A DNA stretch of 64,000 nucleotides, taken from Octopus sinensis (Eukaryota). A program made the translations under genes and the position numbers. The DNA is taken from the NCBI RefSeq assembly GCF_006345805.1, contig NC_043001.1, positions 72,974,001-73,038,000 of the forward strand. Direction: 5' to 3'. The notes beneath the pieces are model-generated. The model was not told the DNA's origin, made no database searches, and worked only from the letters and a program-made list of their open reading frames with translations. This document shows, one piece after another, positions 50,929 to 63,525 of the stretch. Position 1 is the stretch's first letter; each line of letters starts with the position of its first letter.

Positions 50929-51815
50929 CTAGGTCTACCCTTGATTATTCCCACTCTCTTTTCTGAAATGTGAGTAGCAATGTAACTCCTCAACAGCAAG
51001 AAATCTCTTCTGCTTTGGCTTCTTCTCTCATACTTTAACCCTTCATCTCCCAGCATAAAGCTGTCCCTCTTTCAGCATTCATAGTCTTGCAAGCAGTATG
51101 GCAAACCTGAAAGAAGCCTGTCATATGTGCATGCAGGCTAGTTTGTAAAGAAAGGATATGGTCATACAGATAATGTTCATTTGCAATCATTCATTAAAAC
51201 ATGTCTGGCCATTGTGCTGTTTGTGTTCAAAGGACTAGAAGAAATGTTGCTTCATTTGGAAATAGGCATGGGTTGGTGACAAGAAAAGCAGCCATCCTCA
51301 ACATAAAAATGTAGAAATTGAAGCAATGATAATGATGATATAGTTGTTATTAACACTTTAAATTAATCTATAATTTTTCTCAAAAGTCTTGTTAAAAGCC
51401 TATTTATATTTATTATCATTGTTATTATTGTAAAACATTAGTTTAGGATAGGCATGTTAATTGTATAATTACATTAAATTTGCCAAAGAAAATAACTAAA
51501 TTGGACCAATTGCATAAATGTAGTTAATCCAGGTGTCGGCATAATGTATAATGTACTTTATCTCCATTTGTTAAAATATTTTTGAGGCATTTGTTATCAC
51601 CACCATCCTAGATTGTATAAATTTGTGACATTAACCAGTTTGAGTGATTTCCCTTAGCTTACTTATTGTAATTATGCAAATTATACTGGAGAAAAAAGAC
51701 TTTGTAAGTTTGTTTTTTCTCTAGTTTTAAACCCTTGTCTACTGATTGTAGCAAGTTTCAGTAAACTGCTTTGCTGATAAACTCAAAAAGGATTGAAACA
51801 TGTCCATATCTTTGA

Positions 51816-52181
51816 CTCTCTCTTTTACTTGTTTCAGTCATTTGACTGCGGCCATGCTGGAGCACCGCCTTTTAGTCGAACAAATCGACCCCGGGACTTA
51901 TTCTTTGTAAGCCCAGTACTTATTCTATCGGTCACTTTTGCCGAACTGCTAAGTGACGGGGGCGTAAACACACCAGCATCGGTTGTCAAGCAATGCTAGG
52001 GGGACAAAGAGAGACACACACACACATATATATATATACATATATACGACAGGCTTCTTTCAGTTTCCGTCTACCAAATCCACTCACAAGGCATTGGTCG
52101 GCCCGGGGCTATAGCAGAAGACTGAACCCGGAACCATGTGGTTGGTTAGCAAGCTACTTACCATACAGCCACTCCTGCACC
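51816..52181 (-). mobile_element. tRNA-derived SINE (family A), young CpG-rich copy
   Basis: Retains many CpGs; head GGTGCAGGAGTGGCTGTATGGTAAGTAGCTTGCT...GGTTCCGGGTTCAG. Confidence 0.88.
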
Positions 52182-52502
52182 TTTTTTTTTGCTACCAAAG
52201 ATCAAGTACTCTACCAAAACATCAAAATCCTGTTAGCCAACTCATAGATTCTTCAAGTTATCTCCTTTTTTTGTTTTCTTGAGAGTTACTAACAATTGAC
52301 ACTCTTTCTGCTAAATAAGAAATTCCAAGTCAGTCAGTGGGTTCTTTCAGTTTCCATCTGTCAAAATTCACTTACAAGGTTTTGGTTAGCTCAGGGCTAT
52401 ATAGCAAAAGAGATATAGTGGAAGTGAATTCAAAAATCACATGATTCAGAAGCAAACTTCTTTACCATACAGCCATGCCTGCATCTAGTAGTAGTAGTAG
52501 TA

Positions 52503-52715
52503 ATTTCAAATTTTGGCACAATGCCGGCAATTTTGGGAGAGTGAGGTCAAATCGATTAAATTAACCCTAGTACTCAATTGGTACTTATTTCATCGACCCT
52601 GAAAGGGTGAAAGGCAAAGTTGACTTAGGAGGAATTTGAACTCAAAACATAAGGATAGACAGAATGCTGCTAAGGAATTTGTCCAGTGTGTTAATAATCT
52701 TACCAGCTCACCATC
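52503..52715 (-). mobile_element. tRNA-derived SINE (family B)
   Basis: GGTACTTATTTCATCGACCCTGAAAGGGTGAAAGGCAAAGTTGAC...GGAATTTGAACTC. Confidence 0.8.
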
Positions 52716-52962
52716 TTCTTGATGATGATGATGATATATAAATATCACTTACCTTTTACTTGTTTTAGTCATTAAACTGCAACTATTCTGGAGCACTGCC
52801 TTCAGGAAATTTAGTCAAACTAAACAACTCCACTACTTATTTTCTTTTTAAGCCTGGTACATATTCTATTGGTCGCTTTTGTCAATCTGCTAAGTTGAGG
52901 GGACATAAACACACCATCACTGGTTGTCAAGCGGTGATGGGCAACAAACACAAAGACATACA

Positions 52963-53027
<65 letters not shown>

Positions 53028-53029
53028 TA

Positions 53030-53502
53030 AATCAAAATTGCTGATTTGACTGATGACAGTACTGCCTGATTGGCACTCGTGCCAGTGGAATGTTAGAAGC
53101 ACATCCAAACTTGATCGTTGCCAGAACCACGGATTGGCTCCCGTGCCAGTAACATGTAAAAATCACCATTCAAGCGTGATCATTGCCTTACTGGCACATG
53201 TAAAACAACATTTGAGAGTGGTGGTTGTTGCCAGTGCTGCCGGACTGGCTCCCGTGCAGGTAGCATGTAAAAAACACATTTCGAGCATGGTCGTTGCTAG
53301 AACCACTTGACTGGTCCTCGTGCCAGTGGCATATAAAAGCACCCACTACACACTCAGAGTAGTTGGCATTAGGAAAGGCATCCAGCTGTAGAAACTTTGC
53401 CAGATCAGATTGAGCCTGGTACAGCCTTCTGGCTCACCAGTCCTTTAGTCAAACCATCCAATCCATGCCAGCATGGAAAGCGGACATTAAACGACGATGA
53501 TG

Positions 53503-53503
<1 letters not shown>
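53030..53503 (+). mobile_element. 3' UTR fragment of the RTE-type LINE with tandem units and (GAT)n tail
   Basis: Matches 12570-13029. Confidence 0.8.
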
Positions 53504-53547
<44 letters not shown>

Positions 53548-53550
<3 letters not shown>

Positions 53551-53722
53551 AGAGTTTACGAAAAAAACAAAAGACGAAGACAGGTGGTGTACAAAACAAA
53601 CAGATGTATTAGTATAACTCTCAGGAATAGAAAAAGTCTTTTACGTTTCGAGCCTGTGCTCTTCTACAGAAAGGGACGCAGAAAAAACGAGGAGAGAAAA
53701 AAATGTGTGTAGTGGCTAACGA

Positions 53723-53724
<2 letters not shown>
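53548..53724 (-). mobile_element. short Penelope-like terminal remnant between TA arrays
   Basis: Bounded by (TA)n on both sides; homologous to 17513-17683. Confidence 0.7.
53636..53677 (-). ncRNA. minimal hammerhead-like motif, A6U variant
   Basis: Minus: GUC-CC-UUU-CUGUAGA-A-GAGC ACAG GCUC-GAA-ACGU-A-AAA-GAC. Palindromic ACGU helix III, bulged helix I. Confidence 0.6.
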
Positions 53725-53772
<48 letters not shown>

Positions 53773-55914
53773 TGATAGTCTTCTTTCAGTTTCTGTCTAC
53801 CAAATCCACTGTCAAGGCTTTTGTAGAAGACACTTGCCCAAGGTGCCACACAATGGGTCTGAACTCAGAACCATGTGGTTGGGAAGCAAACTTCTTACCG
53901 CACAACCATGCCACCACCTACATGATAATATATAAAATAACAGCAACCCCTAGAGTCATTGCTGGGTCTTAACAGTTAGCACCTAAATATATCTTAACAG
54001 AATATTGGAAAGAGGAGAAATGCAATCTACCATCACAACATCCATCTTTCATGAACCAACATGGAAGGTTTTATGGGAGTCACTCAACTGCCTAGAATCA
54101 GTTGCAAAATTTCTATCAACTCATACTTTTGTCTGAAAAAAAAATGAAATAAAGTGAAGAGCGTATTGGATAATTAAGTCATAGGTATGTGATATCTGTA
54201 GGGAAAAGGGTAGAATTGTCATGACTGCAAAGCCATCAATCATCATAGTTCTGGTGTTACATGACAATAACATCTTCCATGGTACAAGAATCATATTTTT
54301 GAAGAATCACTTTGGAAAAAACTTTCAGCTTTTTCCATAACCTCTTGATTCTGTTCCTTTAAGGTTTTTGCCTACATCTAGGAAAGCCTTTAGATTACAT
54401 CTAAAAAATGCATTATCTGCACCTTTCTTGCCTCTAATCCACCTGAATCTTGTAACCATGACACAAAAAAACTTTTGGTTTATTAAGGATCATTAATATG
54501 TTAGATCAGACATATTAGATAGATTGGATTTTATTTCCTTTCTTTGTAGTCTTTGTAAGGAAATCCAAGAAAATTTAGATAAGATATGAAATGGTACCAG
54601 ACGTGCATGTATTTTTTAACATAATGGCTACATTACTAGTAGCCAGTATATCTTAAATGAAATATAATTCACATCTTTGCTTTTGATTGTAAATTTTCAA
54701 ATGTAAAAGGATATTTTCTTTTTATGTATTCAGCTGTAGAGAAAATCTGTCAGTTTTCTCCATTACAAATTATTCTTTCTTAACTGTTCAAGAGATATAA
54801 TATAAACAGGAAGTAACTTTACCATTAACATCTATTTTCCAATTAACTTAGGTTGAGACAAGTCTGCAGGCTAGCTTGTCTCCATTTGTTTCAATAATGT
54901 ATCATCTCATTTCTGAAAAGTCACTGATCTCAGGTCTGCCCTTCTCACTTCTTTCTAAATTATCCTAGACCTACCTTTACCAAATGTACCCTCCACTAAA
55001 AAACTACATCATATTTACAACCAGCATATACTGTCTATATTGACACAGTTACCTCTTTTGCTACGTATATTATTTTATGTTCACTGCAGTATTTGTCACT
55101 AATGTTATAAAATTCATTAGCCTAACTTCTAATTTTCACTCTGCCAGCTTAATTATTGACTTAATTATTCATAACTACTCTCTCATTTAAATCTACTTTA
55201 GTTCAATTATTACATCTCTAAGGCTATTGTTTTTTCAACCAATCAGATTTACATATTGCTTTTCCTTATTTTTTGCTGTCTCATGTTTCTTTCACTGTTA
55301 GACTTGTTTAAAAGCTTTTAGTCAAACCACTTTTTTTGATGTTTGAGAAATATCTTATTTGAACTTTCATCAGTTAAATGAAGTCATCTTTTTCTGCCCC
55401 AATCTAATTTTCAGTATTTTTTAAAAAAACTGTTCCAGTTCCAAATTTCCAGTTTGGATGGTTGAGTCCTGTTTTACTTAATTCTCTAATATCAAGTATT
55501 TATTTCTGGATAAATAAATGGTGGAGTCAACATGTGGGAGGAGTTGAACCTAGAAAGTATAGCCATCAAATATCTGCAACCCAACACAATGTGCAATATC
55601 AAACAACACTTCTACCTATCAGATATTGCAAACTATTATCATACTTCAACCAGATCACTCTTGTTGTTTCAGTTAAGTGATGACAATTCTATTATAGCCT
55701 GTTGTTGTTGTTGAACCCCAGATTGTCCCTGACTGAGCAGGCTTGTGACCAAAGGCATAACTTAGCATTTTTAAGTTTGTAGGGTGTAATAGGAGGAAGT
55801 TTTGGCTGCTACTTCTAGCATATCATGTGACTACACAGACACTCCCTCAATGACTATAGCTTGTTGTTGACAGTTATATAATTTTACACATCTTTATATA
55901 TACTTGTTTCTTAT

Positions 55915-56296
55915 CTTTAGTTTGTTTCAGTTATTAGACTGTGGCAATGCAGGGGCACCACCTTGAAGGGTTTAGTCGAACATATTGAGTCCAGTACTTA
56001 TGTTTTTAAGCCTAGTACTTATTTTATTATTCTATTTTGCTGAACTGCTAAGTTATGAGGGTGTAAACAAACCATCACCAGTTGTCAAGTGGTAGTCAGG
56101 AACGGACACGTACACAAAGACACACACATGGATACATACATATATATATATATATCCACATACACACAACAGGCTTCTTTCAGTTTCTGTCCACCAAATC
56201 TACTCAAGGCTTTGCCTTAAGTGCTACACAGTGGGATTGAATCTGGAACCATATAGCTGGGAAGCAAACTTCTTACCATTCAGCCATGCCTGCATC
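55915..56296 (-). mobile_element. tRNA-derived SINE (family A)
   Basis: Collinear with other family A copies. Confidence 0.75.
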
Positions 56297-56585
56297 TACA
56301 TCATATATATCTTCATATTTTTATGTCATATATCTTTGTATTTATATCTTTATTTCATATATCTATATATCTTATATTTTTATGTCGTATATCTTTATAT
56401 TTTATATCCATTTACATCTTTGTACTATATATTTTTAAAGCATACATTTGTATGACATATTTTTATATCATGTATCTATGTAAGTTGTATCTTTATATAA
56501 AAAATATCTTTGTCATATATTCTTTATATCATATATCAGTATGCCATATATCTTTGTATAGTATATATTTGTATGTTATATCTTC
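56297..56585. repeat. degenerate ATATCTTT-rich low-complexity array
   Basis: Repeated CATATATCTTT(G/A)TA units. Confidence 0.7.
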
Positions 56586-57307
56586 TGAATAAATTTTCTG
56601 AAAAATATGGTGTGGTCTTTCAGAAGATTTATTCAGAAGAAAACCATTGTGGTAAGCAAAAGTAAAACAGTGTTGACTCCTTTGTCAACTCCTACATATC
56701 TTAAGGTGTCAGCCATCTTGGTAAAATATTTCTCAAATCACATTCTACTTTAGGGGAAAAAAAGGGAGTGTTAATCACAATAACATCACCATTTATTCTA
56801 TAACTCTCTAGACAATAACATATTTCACTTAACTGACCACCATGTTTAACATTAATACCAGGTTCCCTGTGGGAGATGGAAGTGGTGTTCCCTTATCAGA
56901 GCATTATATGGACATTTATAGTTAAATATGGATACATTAAACTGTTATTTTTCTATCAGATAACTTATCAATATTGAACTGATAGACGATGTTGTTCATC
57001 TAAAATTTAACCTTGATCAACAACATTTATGATTAAAGGCCTTCCACCCATGACTACCTTATTCTAAGATTTGGCTGCTATTTTCAGCAGATTTATTAAC
57101 CACCTAAAGGCTCTCTTGTTTTAAGGTTGGGTTGTAATTCAATATTGATTCAACTAAAGATGAGCTGTTTAAGTTTGTGAAGCTGCTATAATAAAAGCAG
57201 TTGGGAATTAATTTTGTTGATTGTTCAGATTCAAGTTTGATTAATTTCTACAATTCTGTTTAAACATCAGAGATGCTGTGCCTTAAGCAGAAACTGCAGG
57301 AGCTGTC

Positions 57308-57533
57308 TAACCCTTTTGATGTCAACCCATCTGAGATTACTTCTAGTTCTAAGACACACACTTTTTATTTTAAAGTGATATAAACTAACATCTTCCATCA
57401 AAATTTTTTGTCAATTTATGTCCCAAACACCAGCATAATAATGACAGTTATTTTGCCAAATTCTTCATTATTTTCAAAATTAAATTAAGCAAAGCCTATA
57501 TATTTTAATAGAAATATGATAGCAAAAGGATAA
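57308..57533 (-). mobile_element. decayed piggyBac-like MITE
   Basis: TAACCCTTTTGATGTCAACC is the reverse complement of the 23529-23548 end; other end AAAAGGATAA. Confidence 0.6.
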
Positions 57534-60140
57534 GACATTGTTAATACTTCTCTTGATGGTAAATAGAGCTGTCACAATGTTGAAAACGTTTTGTATCTAC
57601 AGCAGTTATCTCAAGGTCACAAATGTTTCGCTCCTTAGCACAGAAGTGTCGCCTGAGTGGAGCAAAACAAGCAAAACTGAATTAGCCTTTGCATACAAAA
57701 AACTTCCATCTATAGTAACTTCTTACCCACAGCCACTGTGAGCTGGTATCATCTGCCATAGCAATGTCTCTTGTGGTCTTGTTCAGTTGTCCAGGTTCCA
57801 ACCAACCTTTTGCAAAAAAAAATAGTGCACTGATTTTGCTAGGAAACCATGTGACTCAACTTCAGTTGGGGTGTAAGGTTATATGCCATCCTTTGTCTAG
57901 AGTCTCATCAATGAAGTTCTGATATTTAGCTTCCTTCACTTTGTGAGAAATATGAAGTCTGTCCTCCCAGGTTCACTGTGAATTCAGCTACAATGATGAT
58001 TTTTTTGTATTCCTGGATAGAAGAACCGTGTTTAGTTGGAGTGATGTTACTGGTGTTTGGTATTAGAAAAGGGTAAGATGAGTTTTCTTTATAAAAAAAA
58101 AAAAATCATCAAAATCCTATTTGAAATATCTCTTTAATACAGAGATAAGGAGTTAATCCCTATGTCTTTACTATTATTTAGAAGGAAGTGGGTTAGAAAA
58201 GTGGTAGGGATTAATGTGGTAAATGTTCAGTTTAAAGTATTAGAGGTAAAAGTTGCTGTTTGGGGGGTAAAGAAGTAACATTCTTACACTGGAATGATCA
58301 AATTCATTTTACTCCACACTTTTAATGTAGGAAATAAATATTTTCTGTGAATGCAAGCAAAAAGAAATGGAAGAGACATGATAAGTGGTTAAAATGTTTG
58401 ACTTTTTTCTATTTCAAACTTTATATTGTGTTGAGAAGTTGCAGTAGCAGCAGTAGTACATTTGTAAGTAAAATACTTTGTTAATTATGTGTAATAGTTG
58501 AAAGTATTAGCAAAGTTAGGCACTCAACCATAAACTGTCTGCTGAAATACACCTGTGATTAATATGCTGGATTCACTGAACCATCAAACCCACATTAACA
58601 TAGGAAAAAGGGATGTGTATACATGTGTGCATGATGGTTTTTACTTTTCAAAATTACTAATTATCTATATTTGACCTTATTTTTATGCTTTTTGTATATT
58701 TTCAGTGAGATTTTAATGAGTAATAACTAAATTCCTTTTTTTATTAAAAAAAAGTTATGAAATTATTAAATGTTTCAAGTTTAAATTTCTATTTAGTTCT
58801 ATTTAAATGTCAGTCGAATGTTTTATCATACAAGACAAACAATATTTTGGCATTAAAGAGAGCTATCGTTTATTTATTTTTTTTACTTGTTACCTTTTTT
58901 TAATTTTAAATTTTGTCCTATAAATATTTAAATGAAATTGTCTGTTTCCAGTTAGAAATTTATGGAAGTAATCAGGTAATGCTAGTGTTCTTTCACCATT
59001 TGATAATTGGATATATTTTATTAATGTTTCTTTCTACAGTCTTCTGTGGGAAATGAATTATTCACTCCTTACTTCTACAATGTATTCTATAATCAGCCAT
59101 TATTCAATTTCCTATAAGAATGTGAAATATTGTTACATTTTTTAGTTAGGTTTTCTGTGAGGCTGGCAAGGAAAATATTTGAAATCATATAAAGTAGTAA
59201 TGGCAAACAGTAAGAGGTGTTGTTGGGGAAATAAAGATTCTTTTTAGGATATTACACGTACTAAGACAAAAACTGCTAAATGGCTATGGTACTGTGCCTA
59301 GTACAGAATGCTATATGTCAGAGCTGATAAGGCAGCAATTGGCATAGTTGGTAGAACATGGGACAGAATGCCTTATGGTGTTTTGTTCCAACACTTTGTT
59401 CTCTGAATTCAAATCCTGCTAAGATCAACTTCGACTTTCATCCTTTTGAAGTTAATAAATGAATACCAATCTAGGGTGGCGAATGGGTGGAACTGTGACA
59501 GGGTCAGGTAAGATGTGTCATGGTATCTCTTTTGGCTCTTTGTGTTTCAACAGTAGCACCTGCAACAACACTGGTGCTAAACTGTACTGGTATAAGTTGG
59601 TAACCTTTCTCTTGGATAATAGTGGAAAGGGGAGACTTATATGCATAGGCCAGTCTTACTCAAAAAGTCTTATCTTGGCTTGTTCATGCATGTACAGACG
59701 CATGGTCAAACTTCTATGTTTAATTGGTAAGGTAAAGTGTTATATGTTATTAAATTTACTGTTGGTGTGGTAACATCTGGTAGTGTACTGTATAGTACTG
59801 TCTGTAGTAATGTACTGTCGCCAACATAGTTACTATAAGTCTCAGCAGTCCAGTTCACTGAACCGTAAATAAATCTCATAGGGAGGTACATTTCTATTGT
59901 TGCAAGCAGAGTTAGGTTTATAATGCAATATTGACAAGACACTGTTTAAGATAGTGGTGGTGCTGGTGGTTGATGAAGTTAAGGTGTGAAGAGAAGGTTG
60001 TCTATGAGACTAGCGTAATGCTGATGTGATTAGTCATATTGTAGTTCTGTAGAAGCTGTTCTGCATGATACAAATTAGCTTTGTTTTTGCAACTAATCAA
60101 TCCTCATTATAATAATAATTATTATTATTATTAGTATTAG

Positions 60141-60360
60141 TAAGACAGCAAGCTAGCAAAATCATTACTGCACTAGACTAAATGCTTAGCAGCATTTCTT
60201 CTGGCTTTATGTTCTGAGTTCAAATGCTGCTGCAATTGACTTTGCCTTTCATCCTTTTGAGGATTGATAAAATAAGTACCAGTTGAGCCCTGGGGTTGAT
60301 GTAATCAACTAACCTTCTCCTCCCAAACTTCAGGCCTTGTGCCTACTGAAGAAAGGATTA
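60141..60360 (+). mobile_element. tRNA-derived SINE (family B)
   Basis: GTTCTGAGTTCAAAT...GACTTTGCCTTTCATCC...AAGTACCAGTTGAG. Confidence 0.8.
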
Positions 60361-60374
60361 TTATTGTTGTTGCT

Positions 60375-61140
60375 GTTATTCAGTAGTTTTATTTTTTTAG
60401 TGTGCTTTCACTCCACTACCGAGTGTAGCTCTGTGTGCCATGGGTATGTACTGTGGTTTGCTGTGATGCTCTTATGGTTACTATATTGAAAGTGTTTTGA
60501 AAAGTATGTGTGCAGTGTCCAGTAGTGCAATTTTCTGTTTGTTGTATATATTTGTAAGTCCTGGTGTTTTTGTTCTGTATTTGTTTGAATATTTTTTTAT
60601 CATACCTAATGCTCCTACTATGATAGGAATTGTTTCTGTTTTTAGATTCCACATTCTAGTTACCTCTATTTCCAGGTCTTTATATTTTGAAAGTTTCTCC
60701 ATTACTTTTAGAGAAACATAATCTTCTGGTATTGATACATCAATTAGAAAGCATTTTTTTTTCTTCATGATCTCTGACAACTATATCTTGGCCTTAATTT
60801 CTCTATCTGTGTGTATTGGCATGTCCCATAGTATGGTTGCTTTCTCGTTTTCTGTGATCTTTTCTGGCATGTGCTTATACCATCTTTTTTCCATAGTGTT
60901 GGCATAGCTTCCAGTGTATGTCAGTCCCAACTTTGTCATGTCTGTGAATATATTCCTTCTTAGCCAGGACTGGGCAGCCAGAGATAATATGATTTATTGT
61001 TTCTTGTCCATTTCCACATATTCTGCAGTTACTTGTTATGTTTCTTTTCATTATATGTTTTTGGTAATTTCTGGTCTTGTGCTGCAATTAAAAATCCTTC
61101 AGTCTCTGCTTTGAGTCCTGAGCTTTTCAACCACAGTGCT
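60375..61140 (-). mobile_element. R4/Dong-like non-LTR retrotransposon 3' part (CCHC finger and restriction-like endonuclease)
   Basis: CRICGNGQETINHIISGCPVLAKKEYIHRHDKV and CFLIDVSIP...EKLSKYKDLEIEVTRMW...IIVGALG; flanked by (TAA)n. Confidence 0.9.
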
Positions 61141-61155
61141 TCTACAATCACTGAT

Positions 61156-61176
61156 ATTATTTTATTATTATTATTA

Positions 61177-61226
<50 letters not shown>

Positions 61227-61227
61227 G
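61156..61227. repeat. (TTA)n microsatellite
   Basis: Direct reading of the sequence. Confidence 0.95.
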
Positions 61228-61736
61228 ATGATGATGTTTGGCTTTTGCTTTGTATTTGTACAAGTTGATTCCCAGTCTCATCCAGAGACCTCAAGAGACA
61301 AGTTAGAAGTTCAAGTTGGTGTTACAACTAGAGTGCCATATTTTTTTGATTTGCATTGAGAGTGTTTGTTCTAGAGAATGTCTGTCAAAACATAAGAAAA
61401 TTAGAAGTTTGTTTTAAAAGTAATTTGATTTTAAGATGATAGCGTGATGTTAAGATGATAATAAAAGGTGTTTGGTATTATGTTCATTTAAAAGTACTTT
61501 TGACAAGGTCTACAAATTAAAATGATTTGGAGATTACGAAGACAATGTTTTTCATAGGATATGATCAGTTCCCATCAGCACTATTTTTGAATTTCTTCCA
61601 ATTTTGGATTTTCTGGTATAGGTAGCAATCAGCCCCTTTTGCTATCATTCCTCAGGCACCAATGACTACAGGTATTGTTTTAGTCTTGCATTTCGCCAGT
61701 TTCTATTTCAAGATCTTTATACTTGCTCAGTTTTCG
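61228..61736 (-). mobile_element. second R4/Dong-like 3' end with a different 3' UTR
   Basis: Minus translation KLSKYKDLEIETG...KTIPVVIGA*GMIAKG...LEEIQK..LMGTDHIL*KTLS, then about 300 bp of UTR running into (TAA)n. Confidence 0.8.
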
Positions 61737-62045
61737 CTAGGTCTTGACAGTAGTGAAAAGAGAAGGCTTTAAGTTTTACATGCAACAAATAATCAACACC
61801 TTTAATGTCAAACTGTGTGTGAGAGCACATGTGCATTCTCTTTATAGTAGAACTGTTGACATTCATTCATCCTTCTATCTATCTTTTAATTATTTAGTTG
61901 TGTCTATATCTATCTGTGTCTACATGCCTATTTACTTGTCTGTCTGTCTGTCAACTTGTCTACCTTACTCTCTATTTATCTTATACCTCTGCCTGTCTGT
62001 CTGCATGTCAACCTATTAATCTACCGGCCTCTCTACCTATATACC

Positions 62046-62255
62046 CTTTTCTACTCTAGGCTCAAGGTCCAAAATTTTTGTGGAGGGGTCCAGTCGATTA
62101 GATCGACCCCAGCATGCAACTGGTACTTAATTTATCAACCCTGAAAGGATGAAAGGCAAAGTCGACCTTGGTGGAATTTGAACTCAGAACGTAAAAACAG
62201 ACGAAATACCACTATGCATTTTGCCCGGCATGCTAACGTTCCTGCCAGCTTGCCC
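62046..62255 (-). mobile_element. tRNA-derived SINE (family B), well preserved
   Basis: Head GGCAAGCTGGCAGGAACGTTAGCATGCCGGGC...TGAGTTCAAATTCC; probable TSD TCTCTACCT(A/G)TATA at 62030-62043 and 62260-62273. Confidence 0.88.
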
Positions 62256-62869
62256 CTTTTCTCTACCTGTATATCTACCTATCTATCTGTTTTCTATCTA
62301 TCTATCTAACTTCTGTTTATCTGTCTAGCTATCTACTTGTCTAGCTACATGCATACCTATCAGCTCTGCTCACTATGACAGAATATGTCATTTCAAAAGT
62401 CACAAGTCCATATGGTGAAAAGTTCATTTTGATTTAAAATGTGCATATTTTGAATTTTAAGAAAAAAGAGAGATTTTGTTAGTTAAATTTAATTGTGAGA
62501 TATGTTGTAATTATGAGAAAACTAAGAATGAAGAATCTTCTCTTGCAGGAATAAGATAGATGTAAATGACTGGACCAAAACAAGTCAAGAACACAAAAAC
62601 AAACAAAAATCACTGTGTTTACCATATGGTGTATCTGTTAATTAATAGAAATAATAAAAACTGGGATTTTGGCTTGTAATAACAATAATTTAACACTGTA
62701 TGTTGGCGGTTTAGAGGTACTAATAGTCTTTGACTAGTGTGGGAGTGGATACAAGTATGTAGCAAATATGCTAATAATGAAATATTTTTAATGGAATTAT
62801 AATGAAGTAAATTTATAAATGTATTTTGGGGTTGGCCATTTGTGCATCTACCATATTATTATTATTATA

Positions 62870-63525
62870 TCTGCTGAGGTCGACTTACATCCTTTAAAGA
62901 TCGATAAAGTAACAGTTGAAAACTGGGGTCAATGTAATTGACTCATCTCCTGCAAAATTACTGCCGTTGTGGCAAAATTTGAAACCATTATTATTATTAT
63001 TATTCAGATCACAGGTTGGCAGAATTGGTAGCACACTGGTCTAAATGCTTAGCAGCATTTCTTCTGTCTCTTTATGCTCTGAGTTCAAACCCTGCTGAGA
63101 TCAATTTTGCCTTTTGGGGTCAATAAAATGAAGTAGCAGTCAAATACTAGGGTCAATAAAATCAACTTACCACTCTCTTCAAAATTGTTTGCCTTGTGCA
63201 AAACTTACAAAGAATTCTTATTAATGTAATTATTTGTTTCTCCTGCAATCAACTAGTCTGCTCCCACCAAATTTCAGGCCTTATACCTATAGAAGAAAGG
63301 ATTATTATTACCATTATTATTAGGGTGGTGAAGCGGCAGAGAGGCAAAATGCTTAACAGTATTTTGTCCGTCTGTACATACTGATTCCAAATTTTGCCCA
63401 GATCAACTTTGCTTTTCATCCTTTCAGGGTCGATTAAATAAGTACCAGTTAAGCACTTGAGTTGATGTAATTGATTTCCCCCTCCAAAATTGCTGACCTT
63501 GTACCAAAATTTGAAATTATCATTA
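62870..63525 (+). mobile_element. cluster of tandem family B SINE copies separated by (ATT)n tails
   Basis: Three to four same-orientation copies or fragments, each ending in ATT repeats. Confidence 0.75.

Noticed and set aside
2467-53972. Many ORFs rich in YI/CV/HT/SL repeats, including 50162-50776 and 50319-51056
   Set aside because: They are read-through of (TA)n, (CA)n, (CATA)n and (CT)n microsatellites with no domain content.
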